DNA of 64,000 nucleotides from Mobula hypostoma (lineage: Eukaryota), in contig NC_086097.1 of assembly GCF_963921235.1 (NCBI RefSeq), positions 180,484,001 to 180,548,000 on the forward strand, given 5' to 3'. Of the stretch, positions 1 to 15,350 are shown one piece after another. Position 1 is the stretch's first letter. Each line of letters begins with the position of its first letter. The position numbers and the translations under genes were made by a program. The notes beneath the pieces were generated by a model that saw nothing but the letters and a program-made list of their open reading frames with translations, was not told where the DNA came from and did not search any database.

Positions 1-995
1 AGGACCAAATCTACCACCCCTGAGCTACTGACGTTAATCGCTGACCGATACGGTATCCTTTCTATACTGTATTTTCAAATCGTCCCATGGTTTTTTGCAG
101 CCTCCATTCCTGGGATATCTTATAAACATTTAAGGGTGTGGTGAGGAATTAGGCACTCAGCGGGTCCTTTATCATGTGTGTGTGGAGTGGGGGGGTGAAC
201 AGTCGACGTTTTGTGTCAAAACCCTGTATCAGACAGTACTGAGCAGACCAGAATAGGAGTAGACTAGACTGCATCTGCAGTCTCTTGTGTCTCCTTTTAA
301 CAGTGTATCCCTGCAGCCCTCCCAGATCTCTGCGCTGTTTTAAATTCGAATCATGGACTTTAATCACTCCCTATGCCTCTAATAAGCCCGGCCCCAGACT
401 CGGCAATTCCCTCTCCACGACCTCCCTATCTCTCCTTTCAAAGTATTTCTTCACCCCCCCCCCCCCATGTGCGATGCGATGTTACTAATCTCTCCATCAT
501 CAGGAAGGGATAATTTTACAGGTGCTGGGTGTTGCGAGGTGAATCAGTTATTGCCCTGAGCTCAGTGCGAAATGATTATGAACTGCTGAATAAGTAAAGC
601 TCGAGCATTGATTTGCTCAATGATCGATGCATGTTGAGAAACATAAAAAGTGGATAGACTCTACCCGCCTGATTGTGAACAATAACGAAATAAATGAATG
701 AGCATTTCCACTATGATTAGATTTAGTCCCATGGAAACCGCGCTGTGGCTCTGCCCCCGGGATCTCATTGGCTGGCTGTGACGTGACTGTCTGTCGGTGG
801 GTCTTCGTGCTCCATAAAGAGAGAGGAACTGTGGGATGGGGTCTATTTTGTCGCAATAGCTTTGTTCTTTTGACTTGGTTGGTCCTGATGCATTGTTTGG
901 TTTAGTTTGGTGGATTGAGGCGCTGTGCTTTGTGTTCTTGACTCACTATTATTTTTTTCCCCTTTTCTCTTTCAGTCATTCCCTCCACGCTGTAA

Positions 996-1196
<201 letters not shown>

Positions 1197-1347
1197 TGAC
1201 CCTTCATCTTGAGTTGATTGTCGGCTTTTTGTAATGAATTGCTTGCAGTGGAAGAGATTGGAGAGTAAACTAAGTATCGGAATCTTATTGGGAGAGGGTG
1301 GTTCAGTGTAATGAGTGAGTGCGGTGCCGGTGGGTGAATGGCCCAAC

Positions 1348-1357
1348 CCAATTATGG
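1348..1357. promoter_or_regulatory. CArG box (candidate SRF site) in actin intron
   Basis: CCAATTATGG matches CC(A/T)6GG; a one-mismatch CArG (CTTTATTTGG) follows at 1360-1369. Confidence 0.45.
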
Positions 1358-3238
1358 TGCTTTATTTGGGTGGTATTCGTGAACTGGATCATGGATTCCA
1401 TGGGATTAATATGTTTGGGATGGTATTGTCTTGTTAATTATGCATGAAAGTATGTTGACTCTTTCTAATGGAGTCTTAAAGACAAAAGATTCTGTAGATG
1501 GAAATACAATAAGAATTTACATGTCAGGCAACATGTATGGAGAGGAAAGGGGGATTTGGACTTGTGCTTTCTTCCGCCTGACTAGTTGGGTTCCTCCAGC
1601 AGTTTGTGTGTGTTGCTCTAATCTAGGGGTTTTTTTTGCTGGTTCTTATTCCCCGATTTTGAGGGCCAGTACTGGGTAGATCTGGAATATATTAACCCTT
1701 CCTTGCCCTTGCTCAGTGATGGCGTTGAAAGGAATGGAACAATTGAAGGGGAGGCTCTCTAACGCAACGTCGAAATTGAATGGATCTTTTGTGTAGCAAC
1801 AGAATTAAGGGACTAACAAAGGGCTGCATTTGCATGTGAATAAATAACGAAGGAAGTGAACAACTACGTTTTTTCCAAGGGTATAAAGTACAAAATTGGA
1901 AAGGTTATGTTTCTGTTATTACAAGGCACTGGCGAGGTAGCAATTGAAGTACTAAGCAGTAATAATTTCCTTGTTTAAGGAGGCTATTTACATTCAGAAA
2001 TTAAGGTTGCAATAGGCTAATTGCAACGTGAAAATAGTTAGATACCTTAGAAATGTATTTTTCAGGAGTTCTGTAAAATGACAGGATACATAAAACTCAA
2101 GGATCTGAGGCATCTTAACGGTATCGATGTGGACATATTTCCTCTGGAAGAATCTAGATTTTGTGGGTTGCACATCAAAGATGTGAGATAGGATTTCAGG
2201 CTGGTTAATTATTTGAACTCTTGGGAGTGGTGGAAGCAGAGATTCTGAATATGTTTAAGGCAAAAGTAGACAAATGATAAGCAAAGGGATAAGTTGCTTG
2301 CCATACATTTGAGTTGCCATTGGATCAGCTTTTCCTGTTTTTTTGTGTATACTAACATTTTACCTGGTTCACTAAATATCCTTTTGTAAAGGCCTTCCCA
2401 TCTCAATTAGTGTGACTTTTGTCCTGGAATGGAAAAATACGAATCCTGCCATTTCAGCACATACAAAATCTAAAAATTGTTGGAAATTTTTTGTAAATTG
2501 GGCTGTATCTATGGAGAGAAATGGTTAATGTTTTAGCTCTGGATTTTTCAGAACTAGGAAATATAATGAGATGTTAAGATGCAAATGAAAGGAGAGAACA
2601 ATGGGAGGTCTGTGTTGGGTACAAAGCAGGAAAGGCAGTGGTAAAAAGACCAAAAACAATAGGTGTCTTGTGTAAATAAGAACAGTGAATCTATCTAAAA
2701 TTGAACGGGAGACCAGAAGGCTGCAGGGTAATAAAGCATTAAATGATGGCTTGTGCCTGTGACATCCACATCCAGTGAATGTTGCTTTTTTGAAAAAGCA
2801 ATAGATTCTTTTGCCAGTGCAGTGAATGAAAATCTAATTAGTCATTGTGAACAACGTAACATCTGTAATACACAGCACAGTGTGTAATGCTAGTATGATT
2901 ATTTTAATCTTCAAATTCCTTCAAAGTTTGGAACTTTCTATCAGGGCTGACTTGCCAATCTTTTGTCTAAGAATTGACATCCTGCTTAATAAGTAACAAT
3001 ACATGGCGACAGGAAATTGTATAGCAGTTCACGTTAGTGATAGTGAGCTTATAAACTACAATATGATATACAATAGTTACTTTAATTTGTGTGCAATATA
3101 TTCAAGGTGACCCTGACCAGTAGTAAAAGTGGAAGGAGGGGTGGTGGAGAGAGTCAACTCATCAAATTAATTTCAGTACAAAGTTCCCTCCTTATCTTGC
3201 CCCATCATAAACTAATTTAATCTAAGACTTTTGTTTCA

Positions 3239-3248
3239 CCAATTATGG
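3239..3248. promoter_or_regulatory. Second CArG box in actin intron
   Basis: Identical CCAATTATGG. Confidence 0.35.
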
Positions 3249-3689
3249 AATTGACTGTTGTGGCTGCCTCACAGTTCCAGTGACTCAATCCTGACTCACT
3301 GCTGCCTGTACAAGTAGCTTGTTGAAGGTCATTATTTACACAATGGGCTGAAGAGCCTGTTTCTGTGTTGTCTATACAAGATCATAAGATATAGGAGCAG
3401 AATTGGGCCATTTGGCCCATCAAGTATGCTCCACCATTTCCTCTCAGCCCCAATCTCCTGCTTTCTCCCCATATCCTTTAAGTGGGACCATCAGATTTAT
3501 GGATCACCCAGTGATCCATTTTAAAAACAATACTTAGATGTGTTCAATCAGCATCCTCTACTGTCAACCAGCCAAATGAATGCCAGCTTTGACAAGTACA
3601 AATCATTTACCATTGATGGAGTAGAATTTGTCAGGCTCTGGAGAAACACTGTTCTGCCAGGCTTCCCTCAGTGCCTTGGAAGTGGCAAC

Positions 3690-4460
3690 ATGGGTAGTGT
3701 GGTGAAGGTGTTTGGTATACTTCATTGGTCAGGGCTCTGTATACAAGAGTTGTAATTTCATGTTACAACTGTACCAGAGCCTGGCAAGATGAGACTGCAA
3801 GTGGTAAATCTGCAACAACAAGTAATCTGATTTGAGGTGGTGCATCAGGATTGGGAGATGGCCAGTATAAAGAGGAAGGGATTGCTGAGACAAGAGTATA
3901 AAGTAATTGGTGGACTAGGGTGGCGTGAAAGATGATGAGTGCTTGTGCCAAACAGGCTGTACCATCAAAGCTGTCGGGTGAAATCACACTTGAAATATTG
4001 TGCAACTTTGATTTAGGTAGCTATTAGAAGGATATCATTAAGCTGGAAGGGATACAGAAAAAATTCACAAGGGTGGTGCAGGGATTGGAGAGCTTGAGTT
4101 GGGAAAGGAAAAATGGGATGGGCTGGGACTGATTTTGCTGAAATACAAGAGCAGAGGGGTGACTATGGGGGTATAAAATGATGAAAGGCACGAAAGGTCA
4201 GTTTTTACCCCAGAATAGGGTAGTTTAAAACTTGGAGGTCATGGGTTTAAAGTGAGAAGAGAGATACAAATGGGATCCTATGGGCAAACTTCACCAGAGT
4301 AAAGTGTGTATTTGGAATGGGCTTCCAGGTAGCTGGATAAATGTGTGCATAGAGGTTTAGTGGGATAGTGGCCACACGTGGGGAATGGGAACTAGCTCGG
4401 ATAGACATCTTTGTCAGCATGGACAAGTTAGAATGAAGGGCCTATTTCCACGTTGTATAA
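3690..4460 (+). mobile_element. Degraded CR1 LINE 3' fragment
   Basis: Decayed similarity to the 3' RT region and tail of the better-preserved CR1 copies in this window. Confidence 0.65.
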
Positions 4461-5364
4461 CTCTGGTTCCTTGACTATCACAAAATTGACACTCAGATAT
4501 AATAGTGAAGATTTTTAGCCTCTACCCTTCAGACTGTGTTCTAGACCTCGATGATTTTTGCATAAATTTTCTAACTTTCTGGTAACAAAGTTCTGACCTC
4601 TTCCTATTTGACCTGTGTAGGCTTAGTTTTGAATTGCCTCTGAAGAAAGTGGTTTGAGATTACTGACTGCACATTGACCATACTTGCCTGTCTTCTCCAA
4701 ACCCCATGCCCAGCATTTGCTGAAAGAGCTGTGCAAATATAGCAAAGTTGCCCTTTCTTCCTCTGTCGCCCTTCACAGCAAGTGCAGTCTAGATTAAGAT
4801 TTGTCTTGTACCACAACTTCAGCTCTGCACAAAGGTAGTAGATAGTTGTATATGGCAATGAAAAACTGGTATTATGGCCTGAGAAACAGATTTGCCCCTT
4901 ACTATAAATCTCAATCATCAAATGCCTGTTATATTGCTGGCTTTTAGGGCAGCAATATTATTCACAATGGAGATCTTGTAAACACATGGTAGTAGATGAG
5001 GCTTGGGTTCAAGAGCACAAAGGACCACTCGTGGTACAGTATTATCTTGTGTCATGGTCAAGCCATTTAGAAGGCCAATGGATTCCAAAACATTCCCTCA
5101 GTGACAATCCCTGAAAGGAAAATCAACAAACAGATCCATTCCCATTTCCTTGTGAGTAGTTGGTATGTCTCTAACAAGTGTTGTATTACTGCATTCCAGA
5201 TGACCCTCTTTTTAAAAGATGCCTTGTTGCAAAGATTAACAAGAGCTTCCATTTGTATCGATTAGCAAGAGAACTACTGTCTCTTCTGCTGTATTAATTC
5301 TCCAGTTGCTCAAAAGGTCTTGGCTGAACTTTAAATCATCCTTTGTCCCATTTCTCCATTCTAG

Positions 5365-6369
<1,005 letters not shown>

Positions 6370-6872
6370 TTTGTTGAAGATTAGAACTGATTTAACCTTG
6401 ATTAGATTGAGATGGAAATGTTGCCTTTTCATTCTCATTTCTCCAAACATTGCCTGCCCAGTTAACTTGAATTTTGTTAGGCCTTTGTGGTTATGATGTA
6501 AGTTTTAGTGACAACTCTAGATCTGATTCAAGAATGGTTGGGTTGCTCACAATCCTAAAATATTAAGATACTTGGGAGAAACAATATTGATTTCCAGCTA
6601 CTAGATAGATAGGCCTCTTACAGTACACAAACGTGAGTGAATTTAAAGGACAAAAATCCCTCTGGTTTGCCCTCCTACATCTGGTATCAAATTGTGAATT
6701 AGGAAAGTGACTGTTTTCATTTTTGCTTTGACAGTTGTCTTGAGCAGAATGGGACAATGGACAATACACAATTGCCCTGGGAGTCTGGGTTTCTGGGGAA
6801 TGAGAATCATCTCATGAAAGTTTTCATCTCTGCTGGAAATGGTTGCAAAATATTTGTTATTGCAAAACATTT

Positions 6873-6878
6873 AATAAA
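6873..6878 (+). promoter_or_regulatory. Probable polyadenylation signal of the actin gene
   Basis: AATAAA about 500 nt after the stop, following a repeat-free 3' UTR-like stretch. Confidence 0.6.
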
Positions 6879-7852
6879 AATGCATTTGAACAACATGTCT
6901 AATTACTGTTACTGTATCTCACCACCTTTTCCAGAAATGTACTTCAGGCTAAGTCCACTATAAGTAATTGCACTTAAACCCTTCTCAGTATTTCTCTCAC
7001 TGTAGGAAAGTTGTGAAGTGGCACCTCAGACTAGACATTTGTTCCAAGTGAATGGTTTTTTTAAAAAAAACATAGCTTCTCTAAAACAAAAGAGCATACA
7101 TAGATTAAAATTATTTTAGTATATGATTTCCCCCCCACCCTCCCTACCTCCAGCCCTAGATTCCTCCACAAGAGAAAATACCTTGGCTTTGTACCCCATC
7201 AAGGCTCCTCATCTTGCTTTAATCAAGCAGTACTTTAGTCAAAACCTCTCTGAATGTGATGTGCAATCAATCAAAGGCTTGACATAAGTTGTCTGCAAAT
7301 TAATAGGCAGCTGTGGCCTGTTTTAATCTGCCTTGGTCGAGATGGGAGAGTAGAACCATCAAAACCCTTCTTGGCAATTAATCAAAATAATCCTTTGTTC
7401 TCTGGCTGTTAGGTCTATTTACCTGAAGATGCAGTAAATTTGGTTCATAGATACTACGCTGTGTAGCAAGAAAAGTCTTAGAGCAAATGGTTATGGTGGA
7501 AAACAAGAATGGTGCTCTTTTTCATTTGCAGAAAAAAAACACCAAGAGCACTTGATCATAAGACCCCTGGGTTCCAGGCCCACCAAGATTCCCATCTAGG
7601 CTAGTCCTGCTTGGCCCATAATCCTCTAACACATTTCCATCCATGTACCTGTCCAAGAATGTTTTAAATGCACTCCTTCCAGCTTAATGACATCTTTTCT
7701 ATCACAGAGTGATCAAAGCGGAACAATCCAAAATCTGGTGTCACCAGTGTCTAGTGCAACTGCTATGTAACATCCCAACTTCTGATTGATGAAGGCCATT
7801 GTGACAGGAGCCACCTTCACACTCTTAGCTGTGACACTACTTTCAGTGAAAT

Positions 7853-8125
7853 GCACTCAGTGACCACTTGTTTTTTGGGTACACCTGTGTATTTGCTTGT
7901 TAATGTAAATAACCAGCCAATCAGTTGGCAGTAATTAATGCATAAAAACATACAGATATGGCCATTAGAATGGGGAAGAAATGTGACCTAAGTGACTGAT
8001 GGTAGAGTGATTGTTGGTGCCAGATGGTGTGGTTTGAGTATCTTAGAAACTGCTGATCTGGGATTTTCATGCAACACAGCCTGTAGAGTTTGCAGCGAAT
8101 GGTGTGGAAAAACAAAACAACACGC
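7853..8125 (+). mobile_element. Tc1-like DNA transposon 5' remnant
   Basis: CACTCAGTGACCACT terminus-like sequence and decayed transposase N-terminus (MGKKCDLSD..VGAR..GLSI.ETADL.GFS). Confidence 0.7.
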
Positions 8126-8139
8126 ACACACTCATGACC

Positions 8140-11100
8140 CTCCTGAGTAAAGAAATTTCCCCTTAAACTTTTCATCTTTCACCCATAACTCATGAACTCT
8201 ACTTCTGGAAAAAGCCTGCTTGCATTTACCTCATCTATAGCTTTCATAAGTTTGTACACCACTACTAAAACTACACACAATACTTCAAATTAGGTCTCAC
8301 CACCATATTGTTATGAATGTTTAACATATCCTATCTCCTGTACACAATACTTTGATTTATGCAAGGCTAATGTACCAAAAACTTTCTTTATGATCCTATC
8401 ACTTCAACAAGTTATAGAGCTGTAGTCTCTGATGCATTAATTCTACAATATTCCTCAACCCCTGCCATTCACTACAGAAGACCTATCCTGGTTGGTTCTA
8501 CAGAAGTGCAAAACCTTGCACTTATCTGCGTTAAATATTTTTTCAGCTGATACAGATCCCTCTGCAAGCCATGATAGTCTTCCTTGCTGTCCACTACAGT
8601 TCCAATATTGGTGTCATCTGAAAATTTGCTGAAGCAGTTAACCAAATTATCATGCAGATTGTTGATAAAGATGACAAACAATCAACCCAGCACCAATCCC
8701 TGCACCACTCCACTAGTCACAGGCCTCTTGGCAGCGAGGCAACCAACGGCTACCGCTCTCTGGCTTCTCCCACAAAGCCAATGTCTAATCCAATTTACTA
8801 CCTCATCTTGAACGCTGAGTGACTGAACCATCTTGACCAACCTCCCATGTGGGACCTTGTCAAATGCCTTGCCTTCATCCACTTCCTTGAAAAACTCTTA
8901 AGGGCAGGTAGACTTGATCAGCCATGCTGACTATCCTTAATCAGTCCCTGTGTATCCAAATACTCATATATCCAGTCCCTTAGAATATCTTCCTATAACT
9001 TTCCCACTACTAATGTCAGACTCACTGGTCTATAATTTCCTGCTTTATGTTGAGCCTTTCTTAAACAGCAGAACAACATTAGCTATCCTCCAATCCTCTG
9101 GTACCTCTCCTGTTCCTAAGGATGCTAGGGCCCTGGCAATTTCTGCACTTGTTTCCCGTAAGGTCTGAGGGAACACCTTGTCAGGCCTTGGGGATTTATC
9201 TACCCTGATTTGTCTCAGGACAGCAAACACCGCCTCCACTGTAATCTGTATAGGGTCCATAAAGTTGATCCCGCTTTGCCTTCGCCTCACTTCTATAAGC
9301 TGTGTCTATCTCCTGAGTAAATACAGATGCAAAAACATTATTTAAGATCTTCCCCCATCTGTTTTGGCTCCACACATGGATTACCATTCTGATCTTACAG
9401 AGGGCTAATTTTGTCCCTTGTAATCTTTTTGCTCTTAACCTATCTATTATCCCTGAGGATTCTCCTTCACCTTGTCTGCTAAGGCAACTTCATGCCACCT
9501 TTCAGCCCTCCTGATTTTTCTTAAGCGTACTTTGCATTTCTTATATTCCATAAGCACCTCATTTCTTCCTACCTGCTTATACCTGATATGCACCTCGTTT
9601 TGTTTTTTGAACAAGGGCCTCAATATCTCTTGAAACCCAAGATTCCCTACATTTGTTATCTTTACCTTTTGCTCTGACAAACACATACAAGCTTTGTACT
9701 CTCAAATTTTCTCTTTCGAAGGCTTCCACTTACCAAGTAGATCTTTGCCAGAAAGCAGCCTGTCCCAATCCACGCTTGCCAGATCCTTCTGATACCATCA
9801 AAATTGACTTTTCTCCAATTTAGAATCTCAATCCACAGACCAGTCCTATCTTTTTGCATATTTACTTTAAAACTAATGACATTATGATCACTAGATGTGA
9901 AGTGTTACCCTGCACAAACTTCTGATACCTGCCCTGTCTCATTCCCTAATATCAGATCAAGTATCGCACACTCCCTTGTTGGGACTTTTACATACTGATT
10001 AAGGAAAATTCTCTGAACATATTTGACAAACTCTATCCCATCTAGTCATTTTATGGTATAGGAATCCCAGCCAATATGTGGAAAGTTATATCACCTCCTG
10101 TAACAACCACGTGTTTCTTGCAACAGTCTGTGATCTCTTTACAAATTTGTTCCTCTAAATTTCATGGACTGTTGGATGATCTATAATATAGCCCTATTAA
10201 CATGGTTTTACCTTTCTTACTTCTCAGATCCACCTGTAATGCCTCACTAGACTTGCAGGTTGAGTCAGTGGTGAGGAAGGCAAATACAATGTGAGCATTC
10301 ATTTCAAGTGGGCTTGAATACAAGAGCAGTGAAGTGATGCTGAGGCTTTATAAAGCACTGGCAAGGCCTCGCCTTGATTATTGTGAACAGTTTTGGACTC
10401 CTCATCTCAGAAAAGATGTGCTGGCGTTGCAGAGGGTCCAGAGGCAGATCACAAGGATGATTCTGGGAATGAAAGGGTTATCATTCGAGGAACGTTTGAT
10501 GTCTCTGAGTCTGTATTCGCTGGGGTTTAGAGGTATGAGGGGGATCTCGTTGAAACCTTTCGAATGTTAATAAGGCCTAGACAGAATAGATGTGGAAAGG
10601 ATGTTTTCCATGGTGGGGAAGTCTAGGACAAGAGGGCACAGCCTCAGGATAGAGGGGCGTCCATTTAAAACAAAGATGCAGAGAAATATCTTTAGCCAGA
10701 GGGTGGGGAATTTGTTACCACAGGCAGCTGTGGAGGCCAGGTCACTGGGTATATTTAAGACAGAGATTGATAGGTTCTTGATTGGACATGGCATCAAAGG
10801 TTACGGGGTGAAGGCCAGGGAATGGGGTTGAGGAGAGGAGAAAAGAATCAGCCATGATTGAATGGCGGAGCAGACTTGATGGGCCAAATGGCCTAATTTG
10901 TGTCTAATGGTCATATGGTCTTGTATAGATAAGTTCTCCAGTCTGTCCTGACTCAGCAATGCTATGACATTTTTCTGACTAGTAACACCATCCCTCCTCC
11001 TTTAATCCTTCCCCCTCTGTCACGTATAAAGTAACAGAACCTCGAATATTGAACTGCCAGTCCTGCCCCTTCTGCAACCAAGTCTCATTAATGGCTACAA

Positions 11101-12240
11101 TATCATAATTCTATACCTGAGCTCATCCACCTTTCCTACAAAACTTCTTGCATGAAAATATAAGCAGCTAGGGACACTAGTCACACTATGCTCAACTTTT
11201 TGATCCCTGACTTTGTCTAAGGTCTTCTGTTTCCACAACCTCTCTAATAACTGTTTTGGCACTCTAGTTCCCATCCCCTGCAACTCTAGTTTAAACCCCA
11301 CTGTGCAGCACTAGCAAACCTTTCCACTAGGATATTAGTCCCCTTCTAGTTCAGGTGCAAACCTTCTTTTCTGTACAGGTCCCACCTTCCCTGGAAGAGA
11401 GCCCAATGACCTAAAAATCTTATGCTCCCTGCCCTAAACCAACTCCTTAGCCATGTGTTAAACTGCATAATCTTTGTTTTTCTGGCCTCACTAACATGTG
11501 GCATGGGCAGTAATCCTGTGATCACAACCCTGGAAGACCTGCTCTTTAAGTTAGCACCTAACTCCCTGAACTCAGTTTGCTGAACCTCGTCACTCTTATA
11601 CCTATGTGATTGGTGCCTACATGGACCACATTCTCTGGCTGTTCTCCCTCCCATATAAGAATGCTAAGGACTCGATCTGAGATGTCCCTGACCCTAGCAC
11701 CCTGGAGGCAACATACCATCCAGGAATCTTGTTCTCATCCATAGAACCTCCCCTCTGTTCCCCTAAATAACAAATCCCCTATCCTCACAACTCACTTCTT
11801 CTCCACCCTTCTCTTCTGAATCGAAGAATCAGACTCAGTGTCAGAGACTTTACCTCTGCCTTCCCTCATCCCATAAGAGGAACATTCCACAGTCCTGCCT
11901 GGAAAGTCTCAACATCTTCTCTCTCACTCTGACCACTACAACCATGGCAGCTGCAATGATGCAGCTCCCCCAGTGGAGATTTTGGGGCTTTAGCTTTCAA
12001 GACGTCAGTCAGAAAAGGCAAAAATAAGCTGTTAAGTAGATTTTTGCTCCATTTGCCCTTGTCTTACTTTAATTTGTTCTTGCTAATAAATCCTGAATAT
12101 TGATTGGCCACTACTGAAAGCTCCAAAACTGCTGCGATTTGCTGCATTTTCTATTTGATTGGCGAACCTGAGTGAAATACGTCTTCTCAGGTTTTCGATC
12201 TCTCTGATTGGCCGCTGCTCTAAGTGCCCTCACCTACCTT
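8140..12240 (-). mobile_element. Long decayed CR1 LINE (CCAAT-rich putative 5' end, ORF1 esterase, APE, RT), interrupted at about 10255-10925
   Basis: Minus-strand RT motifs (KAFDKVPH, SGVVQGLVLG, KFSDDT) and SGNH-esterase-like ORF1 (11346..11654, …DLYRKEGLHLN); three CCAATC motifs at 12100-12215. Confidence 0.85.
10255..10925 (+). mobile_element. 5'-truncated CR1 LINE inserted in opposite orientation into the minus-strand CR1
   Basis: LYKALARPRLDYCEQFW and RTRGHSL motifs plus CR1 3' tail; the host CR1 resumes on both sides. Confidence 0.88.
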
Positions 12241-14629
12241 CCCAAAATTCAACACTCACATTTCTGAATTAAACTCAATTTGCCATTCTTCAGCCCACTT
12301 ACCGAGTTGATCAAGACCTTTCTGCAAATCCTGATAACCACGTTCACTATCACCTAATGATGCATTATTTTAGTCTATTCAGCAGATGGTTTAATTAAAT
12401 CTCCCCCCAGTGAATAATTTCAAAAGTGATTGATAGGTTAAAGTTCATAGAACCGGTTTTACTAGATCGGCTAAGAATTTGCTTAATATGCAGTCTCCTT
12501 CAAGATAGTGGTTCTGAATTAGTTATGATTCAGGTTTGACAGGATGGTTTTGGGGACAGAGAGGGGAGCTGGGGATCAGGTTCGGGTTCAGGAACAGAGA
12601 TATTGAGGAATTAGAAGTCAGGCCAGAGCCTAGGTGTTAGAAGGCCAATGATATAGACACAGGAGGAAAGATATTTGCGGTCAGATATTGGGCTGGCAGG
12701 CCATCAAGGATGAAGTCTGGTGCCCCCTACCCAGGTCAGTGAGTTGAGTGCGAGTTCCGGGATTGAATTTCTGTGAGGGCCAGTGATTCCCTAGGTACAT
12801 GAGATGGCCAGACCAGAATTCAAGGCCTAGTGTTCAGGATCCCATCATTGGCAAATCCAGAGTTTGAGGCCTGGAGTTCAGGGTTATCATCCAGGATCCT
12901 CCCTCATTTGTCATCATTGGCAAGTCCCGAGCTCAATAGCGAAGAATGAAGCTCGAAGGTCAATCAGAAGACCAGAAATCGAGGCTTAATGGCTGAAAAT
13001 CTGGGTCTGCAAGTTCACTGGGGAAGTCGAAGGCCCAATGTCTGTGGATCCTAGAGTCTGCTGGAGACTAGAGAAGTCTTATCCTAGGACTAGAGGGTGG
13101 GTCAGAGGGAGGTAACTGGTTCGTTTCTCTGTTATTGTTGTTGCCTATGCGTTCGGTGAACTTGGTGGCCATGCTATGCTGGCGCCAGAATGTGTAGAGA
13201 CACTTAGGAACTGCCAACAGCACATCCTTAGGTTTTGTTGGCTGTTCATACAAACAATTCGTTTCACTGTATGTTTCAATGTACATGTGATAAGTGAATC
13301 TGAATGCATAAGAAGGTTTATATTCTTCAGTGTACGAGACTGAAAATAGTCTGTTTGAAAAGTTCAGGGGTAACAAGTAGGAAGTGGGAGGAATTCATAA
13401 TTGAAGTTCTATTTCTGGAGTCAATAAAATCGTATTAATGCATCTGATGGGCAAGAATGGCCATGATTAGATGCAGTGAATTTAACAGTAGATCTGGGTC
13501 GTGGTAAGCAATGAAATGGTTCTGTTCTCAGAAACTGTATTTTCCTCTTTCACAGAGCTGGCAGTAGTGGTGCAGCTACAAAGGCCACAGCTATATGTCA
13601 AAACCCAGGTTCAATCTGACCTCCAGTGTTGTTTGTATTGAGTTTGCGCATTCTCTCTGTGAGCATGTGAGCTTCCTCCGACATCTCAAAGGCACATAGG
13701 TTGGTACATTAACTGATCACTGTAAATTGTCCTTAATATGTACCCTTTATGTAGGTGAGAGATAGAATCCGGGGGAATCTGATGAAAATGTGAGGCAAAT
13801 TTTTAAAAAGTAGATTAATGTAGGATTAGTATAAATTGGTTGTGATGAGTGGCACTGATTCAGTGAGTCAAAGAATTCGATTCCATGCTCTAAGTCTATA
13901 AGTATGAGGTGACATAGTTTGTGGTGGTTGCAATTAATCCTCTCGTAGGAGAGCAATGGCCTTGTTTTAAGAGGCTGCAAATGCCCCCCCCCCAAATAGT
14001 TGAGAGTGAAATAGCCCTGTTCAATGAGGCTGTATGTGCCCCCTCTCAAAGTGTTGCTCTGAGTTATCCCACCCTGCTGTCATTAACTGGAGGGAGAAGT
14101 TTTCTCCATGAAAGATGAGATGTATAGAAATCTGGTTTCTGCACTGGAGATACCTACTTACATTTTGCACTCTATCATCCTACCCACTTGGTTGATGTGT
14201 CCAGTCCTGACTCATGATACCAGAATCAATCTCTATGTAGGTTGGACAGCTGGACAGCTCAGTCACACAGCACAGCAGCAATCCTTTTCATCCACCATAT
14301 CTATGCTGATCATCAAGTACTCATCTGCACCAATCCCATTTAGCAGCCATTGGTCTATAAATTTCTATGTCTGGTCAACTGAAGTGCATATATATCGTTA
14401 CATTATACAGTATATCATTGTTGGAGTGCCTGTCTCTACCTACTACAGAGGCAGTGAATTCCAGTTTCCAAACATCCTGTGCATAAAGAAAGTTCTTCCT
14501 CAGATCCCCTCTAAACTTCTTACCCATGACTCTAGAGTCTAGTTTTAGACATTTGTACAGGAAGAAAGTTCCTACTGTCTTTTGCTTCTTGTAACGATCC
14601 CTACATCCCTGATTTTCATGTTGATTAAA

Positions 14630-15350
14630 AATTATGTTTATTGACTACAGCTCTGCCTTCAATACTGTAATTTCAAGCAAGCTCAGTACCCAAGCTCCGG
14701 ACCCTGTCAGTCAACACTTCCCTCTACAACCGAATGCTTGACTTCCTGACTTCCTTACAATCGGTAAGGATCGGCAGCAACACCTCCATCACGATTATTC
14801 AACACTGATGCTCTACAAGGGTGTGTCCTCAGCCCTGTACACTCATGGCTGTGTGGCTAGATTCTACCTTAACACTACCTACAAGTTTGCAAATGATACC
14901 ACTGTAGTAGTGTGTATCTCAAAAACGATGAGATGGAGTACAGGAAGGAGATAGGGAGCTTAATGACATGGTGTCATGATGACAAGCCTGCCCTCAATGT
15001 CAGCAAAACTAAAAAGCTGGTCATTGACTTTAAGAAGGGGCAGTGCACATACTTCTGTCTCCAACAATGGTGTTGAGGTTTAGAGTTCCAATTTCTGAGG
15101 AGTGAAATATCACTAATAACCTGTCCTGGTTGAACCATGTTGATGTCACTGCCAAGAAAGCTCACCAATTCTTTTAGTTCCTCAGGATGCTAAAGAAATT
15201 TGAAATGTTCCTGTTGACCCTTATCAATTTTTATCAATGCACCATAGAAAGCATCTTATCTAGATGCATAATGGCTTTGTATGGTAACTGCTCTGCTCAT
15301 GACCACAAGAAACTGCAGAGTTCTGGATACAGCTCAGCACATCATGGAAC
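14630..15350 (+). mobile_element. Rex1/Babar-type LINE RT remnant
   Basis: Decayed QGCVLSP, KFANDTTVV and LNVSKTKKLVIDFKK motifs. Confidence 0.75.

Noticed and set aside
14108..14542. 144-aa ORF
   Set aside because: Largely antisense decayed CR1 3' sequence; no domain or splice support.
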